A stretch of 64,000 nt of DNA from assembly GCF_028368995.1 (NCBI RefSeq), contig NZ_JAQNDL010000003.1, positions 2,336,001 to 2,400,000 of the forward strand. Direction: 5' to 3'. Source of the stretch: Nannocystis bainbridge. Lineage in GTDB: Bacteria > Myxococcota_A > Polyangia > Nannocystales > Nannocystaceae. This document shows positions 42,655 to 52,810 of the stretch, in pieces. The notes under the pieces are model-generated. The model searched no databases and was not told the origin of the DNA. It saw only the letters and a list, made by a program, of their open reading frames with translations. Within the stretch, counting starts at the first letter, position 1. Each line of letters opens with the position of its first letter. Made by a program: the position numbers and the translations under genes.

Positions 42655-43866
42655 TCAACCTGGCTCGCGCGGCAGCGTCAGCGTGAACGTCGAGCCGCGG
42701 CCGGGTTCGCTGTCGGCGACGATGTCGCCGCCCATCAGGCGGGCGTAGCGGCGGCTGATCGCCAGGCCCAGGCCGGAGCCGCGCAGCTCGGCCTCGTGGT
42801 CGCCGTGGACCTGGGAGAAGTCGCGGAACAGCAGCGCCAGCTTGTCCGTGGGGATGCCGATGCCGGTGTCTCGCACCCTGACCGCCAGCGTGCCCTCGCC
42901 GGCCTCGATCGTGACATCGACCCCGCCGCGCTCGGTGAAGCGGATCGCGTTGGCGACCAGGTTGTAGACGATCTGGCGCACGCGGGTCGGATCGGCCACG
43001 ATCGGCGCCGGGCCGCGGGCGACCTTCAGCGTCAGCGAGCGGCCGCGCAGCAGCGGGCGCACGGTCGCCTCGACGTCGGCCAGCAGCTCGCCGACATCGA
43101 ACGGGCGCGGGCGCAGGCGCGGCTGGTCGAGCTCGAGCTGGGCGAATCCGAGGATGTCTTCGACGACCTCGAGCAGGTGCGTGCCGGCGCGGTGGATCGC
43201 CCGCAGGTCGTCGCCGCCGGCCGCTGGTGCGCCGGCGGGGCCCTCGAGCAGGAGCTCGCTGAGGCCGAGGATCCCGCCGAGCGGGGTGCGCAGCTCGTGG
43301 CCCATCGTGGCCAGGAACACGTCCTTGGCGCGCACCCCGGCGAGCGCCTGGTCGCGCGCGTGGGCCAGGTCGACCAGCTTGCGCCGCAGCTCGAGCTGCG
43401 CGATCACCTGCCGGCCGAGCACCGCCAGGCCCTGGCGCTGCACCGGATCGAGGCTGCGCGGCACCCGGTCGATCACGCACAGCGTGCCGAGCGGGAACCC
43501 GTCGGCGTTGACCAGCGGCGCCCCGGCGTAGAAGCGGATGTTCGGCTGCGACGCCACCAGCGGGTTGTCGGCGAAGCGCGGGTCGCAGCTCGCGTCTTCG
43601 ACCTCGAACACCCCGCGCTGCAAGATCGCGTGCGAGCAGAACGCGATGTCGCGCGGCGTCTCGGGCGCGTCGAGCCCCACCCGCGCCTTGAACCACTGCC
43701 GCCCCGCGTCGACCAGGCTCACCAGCGCGATCGGGGTGCCGCACAGCTCCGAGGCGAACCGCGTCAGCTCGTCGAAGTCGACCTCGGGCGCGCTGTCGAG
43801 GACCGCGTAGCTGCGCAGCGCCGCCAGTCGCTCGAGTTCGTCCTGCGGGAGCGGTGCGACCTTCAT
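42655..43866 (-). CDS. GAF-sensor histidine kinase
   Basis: ERLAALRSY.VLD, FCSHAI, RFYAGAPL GAF; FLATMGHELRTPL, NLVANAIRFT, DTGIGI, GSGLGL. Confidence 0.93.
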   Translation of the reverse strand: MKVAPLPQDELERLAALRSYAVLDSAPEVDFDELTRFASELCGTPIALVSLVDAGRQWFKARVGLDAPETPRDIAFCSHAILQRGVFEVEDASCDPRFADNPLVASQPNIRFYAGAPLVNADGFPLGTLCVIDRVPRSLDPVQRQGLAVLGRQVIAQLELRRKLVDLAHARDQALAGVRAKDVFLATMGHELRTPLGGILGLSELLLEGPAGAPAAGGDDLRAIHRAGTHLLEVVEDILGFAQLELDQPRLRPRPFDVGELLADVEATVRPLLRGRSLTLKVARGPAPIVADPTRVRQIVYNLVANAIRFTERGGVDVTIEAGEGTLAVRVRDTGIGIPTDKLALLFRDFSQVHGDHEAELRGSGLGLAISRRYARLMGGDIVADSEPGRGSTFTLTLPREPG

Positions 43867-43963
43867 GCATCTCAGCGTAGGCGAGCCCCCAGGGCCGCAG
43901 CAACACCGGGCCCGCGGCCTCGCGTCGCGCCGTCTGCGCCTGCGCTTCGGGGCGCACCGGAGC

Positions 43964-44080
43964 TGACCCTTGGGACATCTGATTTCGGCGCGCGCGCGGA
44001 CAGCCGTCCGAGCTGTCCCATGAGACATGTCCCCCGAGCGTTCACGGACACGCGTCCGAACATGTCTCTGAGGACATGTT
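43964..44080. repeat. TGTCCnnnnGGACA family cluster
   Basis: TGACCCTTGGGACA at 43964, TGTCCCATGAGACA at 44014, TGTCTCTGAGGACA at 44063. Confidence 0.8.
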
Positions 44081-44087
44081 CGAACGG

Positions 44088-46988
44088 CTAGCCGCGCTTG
44101 TGCGCGAGCAGCCAGGCCTCGACGGCTTCGACCATGCGGACATCGCTGGCGGCCGCGGCGAGGGCGCGGGCCTCCTCGGCCACGTGTTCGGCGCGCTCGC
44201 TCTGGCCGGCGGCGGCCAGCGAGCGGGCCAGGCGGAACCCGCTGGCGTAGCGCAGCGACGGCTGGACCAGCTCCCCGCGGGCGCTGGCGACCGCGTAGGC
44301 GCGCTCGGCGACGGTGACCGCCTCCGGGGCCTGGCCGGCGCCGGCCAGGATCTCTGCCAGCACCTCGAGCGCGCTGGCGACGTAGGGCTCGTCGTCGCCC
44401 CACGCCCGCTCCGCGTCGACGATCGTCGCCCGGATCTCCGCCTCGGCCCCGGCGAGATCGCCCTGATGCAGCAGCGCCTTGGCCAGCCACACCCGCAGGC
44501 GGAACAGCTCCGGGTGCAGCGGGCGGGCGTCGATCGGCAGGCCCACGCTCGCGCGGCTCGCCCCCGCCAGCGCGCGGCGGACCAAACGTTCCGCCTGCGC
44601 CAGCTCGCCGCGCTGCATCAGCGCCTCGACCGCGCCGTTCGTCAGCTGCAGCGCGAGGTGGCTGTCGTCCGGCACCAGCCCGGCGACGCCTCGCTGCGCC
44701 CGCTCGAAGATCGCCGCGGCCGCGTCGGCCTCGCCGTGGCGCAGCGCCAGCATCCCGGCCGAGCGCAGGCTGCCGGCGAACTCCGGGTGGCGCTGGCAGC
44801 AGCCGGTGTCGGCCGCCGGCGCCGCGTCCTTCGTCGCGACCAGGCTCGCGTAATCGATCGCGGTCGCCATCGTCGCGCCCGGGTCGCACAGGCGGTCGCG
44901 CAGGGTCACGAGGGCGCGGTCGACGTGCTCCTGGGCCTTGTCGAGCAGGCCGAGGCTGGTGGCCGCGTCGGCGGCCAGGCGGAACAGCACGCTGACCTCG
45001 GGCAGGTGCGACGAGCCGGCCTGCTCGTGCATGGCGATCGCGCGCTCGAAGTGGCCGAGGGCCTCGGCGTAGCGGCCGGTGGCCAGCGCGACCTGGCCCT
45101 GGGCCTCGGCCAGGGCCGCGCGCTGGGGCGGCGCGCCGCCGCGGGCCAGCAGCGCCTCGACGTGGCGGACCCACCGCTCGGCGGCGTCGAAGTCGGCCAG
45201 GTGCACGCCGGTGACCTCGACCAGCTCGGTCGCCGCGGCGATCGCCACCCGCTCGCGGGCCGCCTCGAGGGCCGCGAAATAGGCGGTCTGAAGCGACAGC
45301 AGCGCGTCCTTCGGCCGGCCGCTGCTGACGAGCACGCGGCCGCGGGTCAGCTCGTAGTCGGCGCGCAGCGGCAGCCGGCCGTCCGGCAGCGTCAGCCCGT
45401 CGAGCACCGCCAGCGCCTCGGTGAACTTGCCGGCGCGGCGGTGGGCCTCGGCGGTGGCGATCGCCGCGTGCTGCCCGGCCAGCGCGCGCGCCAGCTCCGG
45501 GTCGTCCGGCGGCGCCGGGCGGCGCTGCAGCTCGAGCGGGTCGGCGCACGACTCGGGCGTCTCGAGCCCGGCCACCAGGTCGGAGGCGTGCACGGCGAAC
45601 GCGGTGTCGGGGCGGCCGAACAGGTCGAGCACCGCCTCGAAGTCGCGCAGGCGATCGCCGAGGCAGGCCCGGCGCTGCTCGTAGAGCCCGCTCGACTGCT
45701 CGTGGCGGACCTCGGCGGCGACGCAGGCCTCGGCGGCGACATCGGCCCAGCGCTCGGCGTAGGCGTCGTACTGGCGGCGCGCCACCGTCCACGACTGCGC
45801 CACCGTCGGGTCGACCGCGCGCAGCGACGCGCCGACGCCGGCGAAGCGGGCCGGGTTCCACACCGCCGCGACCTCCTGACGGGCCCGATCTTCGCACACG
45901 CGAATGTCTACACCTGTCTGATAGGACAGGCCGGCACCGACCGCGGCCAGCCCCACGGTGAGGCCGGCGGCGGCCAGCCACGTGCCGCGGCGCGGCTCGA
46001 CCACGCGGTCGATGGCGGCGATGAACGCGTCCATCGACGGGTGGCGGTGCTCGGGGCGGACCTGCAGCCCGCGCAGCACCGCGGCCCGCAGCGAGCGCGG
46101 GACCTTGGCGCTGCCGGGGTCGCGCAGGTGGCCGGCCAGCACCGCGCGCATCAGCTCGGCCAGGTTGTCGCCGGGGAACGGCCGGCCGCGGAACAGCGCC
46201 TCGTAGAGCGCCACGCACAGCGCGAACTGGTCGGAGCGGGCGTCGGCCCGGTCGCCGCGGAACTGCTCCGGGGCCATGTACGCCGGCGTGCCGATCAGCG
46301 AGCCGGTGACCGTCAGCGACGCGTCGAGCGCCCGCAGGCTGGCGGCGGCGAAGCTGCCGTCGCGGTCGCGGGTCCGCTCGAGGTCGGCGAACAGCTGCGG
46401 GTCGCTCTCGGCCCGGGCCAGGCCGAAGTCGAGCACGCGGACCCGGCCGTCGTCGCCGACCATCGCGTTCTGCGGCTTGAAGTCGCGGTGGACCAGCCCG
46501 GCCTCGTGCGCGGCGGCCAGGCCCGAGGCGGCCTGGCGGAACACGTCGACGACCTCGCGCCAGCTCCGTTGCTGTCGCTTGAGCCATGTACTCAAGGTCA
46601 CGCCGTGCACGAACTCCATGGCCACGTAGACCTGGTCGAGGTGGGTCCCGACCTCGTGCACGCTGACGATGTTGGGGTGCGACAGCCGGGCCATCGCCTG
46701 GGCCTCGCGCAGCAGGCGGGTCCGCGCGTCGGCCTGCGAGGCGACGGTCGCCTCGGGGTGCAGCAGCTTGACCGCGACCTTGCGCTCGAGCTCCTCGTCG
46801 TAGGCGGCGTAGACCACCCCGGTGCCGCCGCGCCCGAGCTCGCGCAGGACCGTGAAGCGGCCGATCTTGGCCGGCGCCAGCGGCTCGTCGAACAGGCTGG
46901 CCATGATCGCCTGCTTGACGCGCTCGTTGGCGAAGTCGCCCTCGACCTGCGGGCGCAGGGCCTCGGGCGCGATCGTCGGGCCGATCAT
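44088..46988 (-). CDS. Membrane Ser/Thr protein kinase with TPR repeats
   Basis: LGRGGTGVVY, HRDFKPQN, DFG, GTPAYMAPEQ; ATGA overlap with the upstream kinase at 46985-46988. Confidence 0.92.
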   Translation of the reverse strand: MIGPTIAPEALRPQVEGDFANERVKQAIMASLFDEPLAPAKIGRFTVLRELGRGGTGVVYAAYDEELERKVAVKLLHPEATVASQADARTRLLREAQAMARLSHPNIVSVHEVGTHLDQVYVAMEFVHGVTLSTWLKRQQRSWREVVDVFRQAASGLAAAHEAGLVHRDFKPQNAMVGDDGRVRVLDFGLARAESDPQLFADLERTRDRDGSFAAASLRALDASLTVTGSLIGTPAYMAPEQFRGDRADARSDQFALCVALYEALFRGRPFPGDNLAELMRAVLAGHLRDPGSAKVPRSLRAAVLRGLQVRPEHRHPSMDAFIAAIDRVVEPRRGTWLAAAGLTVGLAAVGAGLSYQTGVDIRVCEDRARQEVAAVWNPARFAGVGASLRAVDPTVAQSWTVARRQYDAYAERWADVAAEACVAAEVRHEQSSGLYEQRRACLGDRLRDFEAVLDLFGRPDTAFAVHASDLVAGLETPESCADPLELQRRPAPPDDPELARALAGQHAAIATAEAHRRAGKFTEALAVLDGLTLPDGRLPLRADYELTRGRVLVSSGRPKDALLSLQTAYFAALEAARERVAIAAATELVEVTGVHLADFDAAERWVRHVEALLARGGAPPQRAALAEAQGQVALATGRYAEALGHFERAIAMHEQAGSSHLPEVSVLFRLAADAATSLGLLDKAQEHVDRALVTLRDRLCDPGATMATAIDYASLVATKDAAPAADTGCCQRHPEFAGSLRSAGMLALRHGEADAAAAIFERAQRGVAGLVPDDSHLALQLTNGAVEALMQRGELAQAERLVRRALAGASRASVGLPIDARPLHPELFRLRVWLAKALLHQGDLAGAEAEIRATIVDAERAWGDDEPYVASALEVLAEILAGAGQAPEAVTVAERAYAVASARGELVQPSLRYASGFRLARSLAAAGQSERAEHVAEEARALAAAASDVRMVEAVEAWLLAHKRG

Positions 46989-49861
46989 CGCCCGCCCCCC
47001 CGCTTCATCGCCTGCTTGGTCAGGAACTCGTCGATCTCCGACACCCACTTCTTGCTGTCCTTGCGCTGCTTGACCGCGAACGCGCGGGCCTCGTGGGCCA
47101 GCGCCAGCGCCCGCTGCTGCTCGCCGGTCTCGGCCAGCGCGGCCGCCAGGTGCCAGATCGCGTAGTAGTGCCAGTGCTCGTTGGCCGGGTTGGGGTCGCG
47201 GCGGGTCAGCGCCAGCGCCCGCTCGGCGAACGCCACCGCCGCCTCGGGCCGGCCCTCGAGGCGGCTCAGCTCGGCCAGGTTGAGCAGCGCCTGCGTCAGC
47301 CGCGGGTCGGTCGGGCCCCAGCTCTTCTCGGCGCGCGCCAGCGTGGCCGACAGCACGACCTCGGCCTCGTCGGGGCGCTTCGTCACCCGCAAGATCATGC
47401 CGAGGTAGTTGTGCATGTCGTAGTTGTCGCCGAGCAGGCGGTCGCTCGAGCGCTCGAGCACCGCGATCGCCTCGCGCAGCGGCTGCTCGGCCAGCTCCGG
47501 CTGCTTCATCGCCTCGTAGGCGAAGCCGGTGTTGGCCCACAGGGTCATGTACACGTGGTTGCGCTGGTTCGGCAGGTCGACCGCGGCGTCGAGCGCCTCC
47601 TTGAAGACCTTCAGCGCGCGCTCGTACTGGCCGTCGATGCGCAGCACCAGGCCGAGGCTGTTGTGGATCATCGCCACGTCGGGGTGCTGCGGCCCGAGCC
47701 TGGCCCGCATGATGGCGAGCGCGCGCTCCTGCTGGGCGATGGCCTCGCGGGTCTCGCCGGCGTTGACCAAATGGTCGCCGTAGAAGCGCAGCGCCCGGGC
47801 GAAGTCGGTCGTGTCCTCCTGACCGGCCGCGTGATAGAGGCGCAGCGCCTCGGTGAGGGCCTTGCGCGCCTCGCCGAGCTCGCCGGCCAGGTTGGCGATC
47901 GCCCCGCGGACCGTCAGCGCGCGGGCGCGGCGGATCGGGTCGTCGCTGCGGGCGGCGTAGATCTCGGCGTGCTTCAGCCAGTCGCGGCTGGCGAACGCGT
48001 CGTGCAGGCGGCGGCCGACCAGGTAGGCCAGGCGGGTCGCGGCGTCGATCGCAAACTCGTGGTGGCCGGCGGCGATGGCGACGAAGAACGCGTCCTCGAA
48101 GCTGCTGCGCGCCCCGAGGTAGTCGCCCTCGTTCTCGCGCACCGAGCCGCGGCGGAACGACAGCTCGGCCTGCACCGGCGAGTAGCCGGTCCCGGCCACC
48201 AGCGCCTCGGCGTCGCCCAGCAGCTTCAGCGCCTCGGCGAAGCGGCCGCCCAGCTCGAGCGCGTCGGCCCGCGTCAGCTCGGAGCGGGCCGCCGCGACCC
48301 GCTCGGCCACCGCGGCGTCGGGCGGGCGCACCTTGGCCCGCAGGTACTTGTCGTCGCTGCAGCTGGCGATCCGCGGCAGGCTGGCGGTCAGCTCGTCGAC
48401 CCGCGTCACCAGCACGTCGTCGGGCCGCTGGAACATGTCGATCGCCGCCGCCAGGTGGTCGCGCCGCTCGCCCAGGCAGGTCATGCGCAGGTCGAGCTGC
48501 TCGGCCGACTCCTGCCGGCACGCCGCGCCGTACGCCTCGGCCCACTCGGCCCCGTAGGCGTCGAACGCCGCGGCCGCGCGCGACCAGGCGGCCGGCGCCT
48601 GGGCCACGCCCGACGCCGCCGCGACCTCGGCCAGGTGCTCGCGCCGCTGGTGGTTCCACACCGCCGACAGCCGCTCCTCGCCGCTGCACGCCTCGGCGAA
48701 CGCACCTGTCTGCCAGGCCAGGCCGAGGCCGGCGCCGCCGACCAGCGTCGCCGCCACGGCGGCGATCGCCCAGCTGCGGCGCGCCGGCGGGCGGGCGAAC
48801 GCGGCCAGCTCGGCCAGCAGCGGGCGCATGCTCGGCCAGCGCGCCGCGGGGTCACGGGCCAGGCCGCGCAGCAGCAGCGCGCGCACGGCTCGCGGCACCC
48901 CGGCCGGCGCCGGCAGGTCGCGGACCTGGCCGGCGAGCACGCTCGACATCAGCTCGGCCAGGGTGTCGCCCTTGAACGGCCGCTCGCGGTAGGCCGCCTC
49001 GAACAGGGCGACGCAGAACGCGAACTGGTCGGCGCGGGCGTCGACGCGGCCGCCCAGGAACTGCTCGGGGGACATGTACGCCGGCGTGCCGAGCATGACG
49101 CCGGTGACGGTGATCGAGGCGTCGAGCGAGCGCAGGTTGGCGACCGCGGACGCGTGCTCCTCGGCGGGCCGCATGTCCCCGAGGCCAGGTGCCGGCCCGG
49201 GCTCGAGCTCGGCGCGGGCCAGGCCGAAGTCGAGCACGCGCGCGCGGCCGTCGCTGCCGACCATCACGTTGGCCGGCTTGAAGTCGCGGTGGACCAGCCC
49301 GGCCTCGTGCGCGGCCTGCAGCCCGGCGCCGGCCTGCACGAACGTCGCGGCGATCTCGGCGAAGCTGCGCCGCTGCCGCTTGAGCCACGAGTGCAGCGTC
49401 ATCCCGTGGACGAACTCCATCGCCACGTAGACCTGACGCCCGAACGTCCCGACCTCGTGCACGCCGACGATGTTGGCGTGCGACACCCGGGCCATCGCCT
49501 GCGCCTCGCGCATCAGCCGGAGCCGCGCCACGTCCTCGCGGGTCTCGGAGTGCAGCAGCTTGACCGCGACCTTGCGGTCGAGCTGCTCGTCGAAGGCGGC
49601 GTAAACCACCCCGGTGCCGCCGCGCCCGAGCTCGCGCAGGACCGTGAAGCGGCCGATCTTCGCCGGCGCGGGCACTTCCTCGAGGCGCGGCGAACGGGCG
49701 AGCGGCCGGGTGTCGGCCGGGACCAGCGGGATCAGCGTCGGCGCGTTCGGATCGATCTGCCGCCCGTCCGGCGTGGCCCCGGCCGGCGTGTGCTGCAGCG
49801 TCTGCTCGCCCGACGAGGAGGACGACGACAACGCGCGGATTCGGTCTCGAAACGCTGGCAT
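46985..49861 (-). CDS. Membrane Ser/Thr protein kinase with TPR repeats
   Basis: LGRGGTGVVY, HRDFKPAN, DFG, GTPAYMSPEQ; TM; TPR (LGPQHPDVA). Confidence 0.92.
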   Translation of the reverse strand: MPAFRDRIRALSSSSSSGEQTLQHTPAGATPDGRQIDPNAPTLIPLVPADTRPLARSPRLEEVPAPAKIGRFTVLRELGRGGTGVVYAAFDEQLDRKVAVKLLHSETREDVARLRLMREAQAMARVSHANIVGVHEVGTFGRQVYVAMEFVHGMTLHSWLKRQRRSFAEIAATFVQAGAGLQAAHEAGLVHRDFKPANVMVGSDGRARVLDFGLARAELEPGPAPGLGDMRPAEEHASAVANLRSLDASITVTGVMLGTPAYMSPEQFLGGRVDARADQFAFCVALFEAAYRERPFKGDTLAELMSSVLAGQVRDLPAPAGVPRAVRALLLRGLARDPAARWPSMRPLLAELAAFARPPARRSWAIAAVAATLVGGAGLGLAWQTGAFAEACSGEERLSAVWNHQRREHLAEVAAASGVAQAPAAWSRAAAAFDAYGAEWAEAYGAACRQESAEQLDLRMTCLGERRDHLAAAIDMFQRPDDVLVTRVDELTASLPRIASCSDDKYLRAKVRPPDAAVAERVAAARSELTRADALELGGRFAEALKLLGDAEALVAGTGYSPVQAELSFRRGSVRENEGDYLGARSSFEDAFFVAIAAGHHEFAIDAATRLAYLVGRRLHDAFASRDWLKHAEIYAARSDDPIRRARALTVRGAIANLAGELGEARKALTEALRLYHAAGQEDTTDFARALRFYGDHLVNAGETREAIAQQERALAIMRARLGPQHPDVAMIHNSLGLVLRIDGQYERALKVFKEALDAAVDLPNQRNHVYMTLWANTGFAYEAMKQPELAEQPLREAIAVLERSSDRLLGDNYDMHNYLGMILRVTKRPDEAEVVLSATLARAEKSWGPTDPRLTQALLNLAELSRLEGRPEAAVAFAERALALTRRDPNPANEHWHYYAIWHLAAALAETGEQQRALALAHEARAFAVKQRKDSKKWVSEIDEFLTKQAMKRGGGR

Positions 49862-50290
49862 GACGGCCGCTTTCAGGGTGCTGTCCCAAAGTCGGGGCCC
49901 TGGATCGCGGCCCTTGAACTTTTTTCGCTACGGCAGACCCGGAGGATGGTGACGGGGCTTTCCCGGGCGAGGAAGTCCTCGTTCGCAGAGAACCGGCCCG
50001 GTGATAGGCCTCTCAACGCGCAAGAACGCGCCGCTCTTCCCGCCAGCAGCGCCGATTCAGCGAATGGCGCCAGGTTTGCGGCGAACGGGCGAACCCTCAT
50101 GGACCGAAGCGAAACCGCGCATCCATGGTTGGGGCCGGAAAACCCCAGACCAAATCGCCGTGCGTGCGAATTCGCGCCGACGAGCAAGCCCCCCGCTGGC
50201 CGGGCCGATCTCCCCGGGGACCGACCTGCAGCCGCGAGCCCCGGCCCCGCGAAGCGCCGGGGCGCGGCTCCCTGTTAGCATCGCGGCCCG

Positions 50291-50920
50291 GTGGTGGACG
50301 ACAGCGACACGGCGCTCGTGGACGCCTGGCGCGGCGGCGACCGGGAGGCCGGAAAGCGCCTGTTCTCGCGCCACTACGCCGCGATCGCCCGGTTCTTCCG
50401 CAACAAGGTCGGGGAGGCCGGGCCGGACCTGATCCAGCGGACCTTCCTCGCCTGTCTCGAGGGCCGCGAGCGCTTCCGTCACGAGGCGGCCTTTCGCAGC
50501 TACCTGTTCGCCATCGCCTACAAGATCCTCTGCAAGCACTACCGCGAGCAGCGGCGCGACGAGGCGCGGGTCGATTTCGCGGAGGACTCGGCGCACGAGC
50601 TGTCGTCGCCGATCAGCGCGGTCGAGGCGCGGCAGGAGCAGCGGCTGCTGCTCGAGGGTCTGCGGCGGCTCCCGGTCGACTATCAGGTCGTGCTCGAGCT
50701 GCACTACTGGGAGGGCATCACCGCCGCCGAGCTGGCCGAGGTGTTGGCGATCCCCGTCGGCACCGCCAAGACCCGCCTGCGTCGCGGCCGCGAGCTGCTC
50801 GAGGCGCGCCTGCACGAGCTCAGCACCTCGGCGGAGCTGCTGCGCAGCACCCTGGCCAACCTCGACGCCTGGGCCGCCCGCCTGCGCGTCCAGGTGCTCG
50901 GCGACGATCCGGATCTTTAA
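50291..50920 (+). CDS. ECF sigma-70 factor
   Basis: D..L..AWR.GD..AG..LF.RHY, DLIQRTFLAC, FRSYLFAIA; region 4 ELAEVLAIPVGTAKTRLRRGR. Confidence 0.92.
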   Translation: MVDDSDTALVDAWRGGDREAGKRLFSRHYAAIARFFRNKVGEAGPDLIQRTFLACLEGRERFRHEAAFRSYLFAIAYKILCKHYREQRRDEARVDFAEDSAHELSSPISAVEARQEQRLLLEGLRRLPVDYQVVLELHYWEGITAAELAEVLAIPVGTAKTRLRRGRELLEARLHELSTSAELLRSTLANLDAWAARLRVQVLGDDPDL

Positions 50921-51056
50921 CCTGTCCTTTGGGACATCTTGCGCATCGGCGGTCGGCGACGAACTTGGCGACCTGTCCTCAGGGACAGCCGCCTGGAATG
51001 CGCGTGCAGCGAGGCTTGACCGGCGCTCGGGCTGCCGATAAGAGCTGAAGTCGACG

Positions 51057-51855
51057 ATGTTCGCCGTCGCCTTGGGCCTGTGTTTCCTCGTCTCTGCCGT
51101 CGAGCCGGCCCCTGCTGGCGAGGCTGCGGGGACGGACGCCGAGGTTGCTCCCGCGCCTGCCGATGCGCCGCAGACCGGCGACGCCGGGCCCGCGCCGCGC
51201 CTCGACGACGAGCGCGCCCCGGCTGCGCCGCAGACCGGCGACCCTGCGCCCGCGCCGCGCCTCGACGACGAGCGCGCCCCGGCTGCGCCGCAGGCCTTCG
51301 ACGACGAGCGGCCCGGGCCGGCGCGGCGGACCGACGCACGCGACCTCGCGCCTCCCGCTCCGGAGCCGAGCGGGCTGCGCCTGCCGGGCACCTACTTGCA
51401 CGTCGCTCCCGGGATCGCCGCCTTCAACGTGCTCGATCCGGACTTTCGCTTCTATGCCTGGGGCATCAGCGGCGGCCGTTCAGTGGTCCGTGGCCGGCGC
51501 TTCGCGGCGCAACTCGGCGGGTTCTTCGAGCACCTGGTCGGCCCGCGCCAGCCCGCCGTCGACCTGGTGCGCTTCGGCGGCGAGTTCCGCGTCGGCGCGA
51601 GCAACGAGCGGGTGTTCGGCTACGGCCTGGCGCGCGCGGGGCCTCGACATCCTGGTGGTCCCCAAGGACATGTTCGCCGGGCCAGGTCGACGAGCCCCGC
51701 TGTTCTTCCTGGTCTCGCTCGGCGCCGGCGTACAGGGGGCGCTCGGGCCGCGGAGGCGGCTGCTGCTGGGCGTGGAGCCCTCGTTCGAGTTCACCTGGCC
51801 GGGCGTGCTCGTGCTGTTCAGGACGCGGGCGTTCGTCGGCTGGCGGTTCGGATAG
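51057..51855 (+). pseudogene. Frameshifted outer-membrane beta-barrel-like protein (+1 G at 51638-51641)
   Basis: First frame gives signal peptide...FGYGLARAG; the shifted frame continues LDILVV...SLGAGVQG...FVGWRFG*; removing one G of GGGG joins them. Confidence 0.7.
51164..51293 (+). repeat. 60-bp coding tandem repeat (about 2.2 copies)
   Basis: Encodes APQTGD(A/P)(G/A)PAPRLDDERAPA twice. Confidence 0.9.
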
Positions 51856-51985
51856 TGGCAGCATTGCCACGGCCCGCGCGGGTGACCTGTCCTCCGGGAC
51901 ATCTAGGGCCGCGGCCCGATTCGCCGGCCCCGCTCCTACTGGTTTGACGATTGTGCGGGCGGCCCGCGGACCGTCCCCGCTCCTA

Positions 51986-52756
51986 CTATGTTGGCACCGC
52001 CGGCTCGCCGACCGCCACGGTCACCAGCGTCTCGTGCTGTTCCGGGGTCAGCAGGACCGGCGGCAGCGTGCGGTACAGCTCGGCGATGTCGCGGTGCTCG
52101 GGCTCGTCGTTGTAGGCGGCGGCTGGCACGTCGGCGGTGTGCGGCGGCAGCTTGACGAAGTCTGTCTCGAGGGCCAGGTTCAGGCGGCCTTCGCAATAAC
52201 AAGGGTTGTGGCGGTCGATGTGGCCGCAGCGGGGCGCCAGGTAGTCTTCGAGGCGGCGGCGGGCGCGGGTGAGGCGGACGCGGAAGGCGCTCTCCTTGAT
52301 CCCCAGCAGCTCGGCGGCGGCCGCGGGCGGGAAGCCGAACAGGTCGGTGACCACGAACGAGACCCGCACGCCCGGCGGCAGCGCCCCCAGCACCGACGCC
52401 AGGCAGGTCCGCTTGAGCTCCCACAGCAGCACCGGCACGCGCGCCAGGTCGCCCTCGATCGGCGGCTTGTCGGGGTCGATCGGCTGCGTCTCCTCGCTGC
52501 GCAGCATGTTGTCGAGGATGACGAAGCTGTGGTCGGCCTTGCGGCCCAGCGTGTCCTCGATCCCGCGGGCCAGCCTGCCGAGCAGGTAGTCGCCGGGGCG
52601 ACCGGCGGCCAGCAGCGCCTCGCGGTCGACGTTGCGCAGCGCCTCGCGGACCTGGACGAATGCCTCGTCACGCGCGCCGCACATCACGTATGCGAATGCG
52701 TAGAGGCGCGGGATCGCGGCGCGAACCAGGGTCGCGAGCTCGGTCGGGTTTGACAT
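51986..52756 (-). CDS. ECF sigma factor with Cys-rich C-terminal extension
   Basis: RLYAFAYVMCG; region 4 AAELLGIKESAFRVRLTRARRRL; tail RCGHIDRHNPCYC. Confidence 0.8.
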   Translation of the reverse strand: MSNPTELATLVRAAIPRLYAFAYVMCGARDEAFVQVREALRNVDREALLAAGRPGDYLLGRLARGIEDTLGRKADHSFVILDNMLRSEETQPIDPDKPPIEGDLARVPVLLWELKRTCLASVLGALPPGVRVSFVVTDLFGFPPAAAAELLGIKESAFRVRLTRARRRLEDYLAPRCGHIDRHNPCYCEGRLNLALETDFVKLPPHTADVPAAAYNDEPEHRDIAELYRTLPPVLLTPEQHETLVTVAVGEPAVPT

Positions 52757-52810
52757 CGGGGGGCGAGTTCAATCTAGCATCATTCGCTCGGCTTGGGTCG
52801 CGGGGCGGTG

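Noticed and set aside
42655-46587. 1310-aa ORF suggesting a giant histidine kinase
   Set aside because: The N-terminal ~900 aa is an Arg/Gly/Pro-rich off-frame read-through of the kinase gene; the real GAF kinase starts at 43866.
44088-48689. 1533-aa ORF or fusion of the two kinases
   Set aside because: The upstream part is out of frame with the 46985-49861 kinase; a clean ATGA junction separates the two genes.
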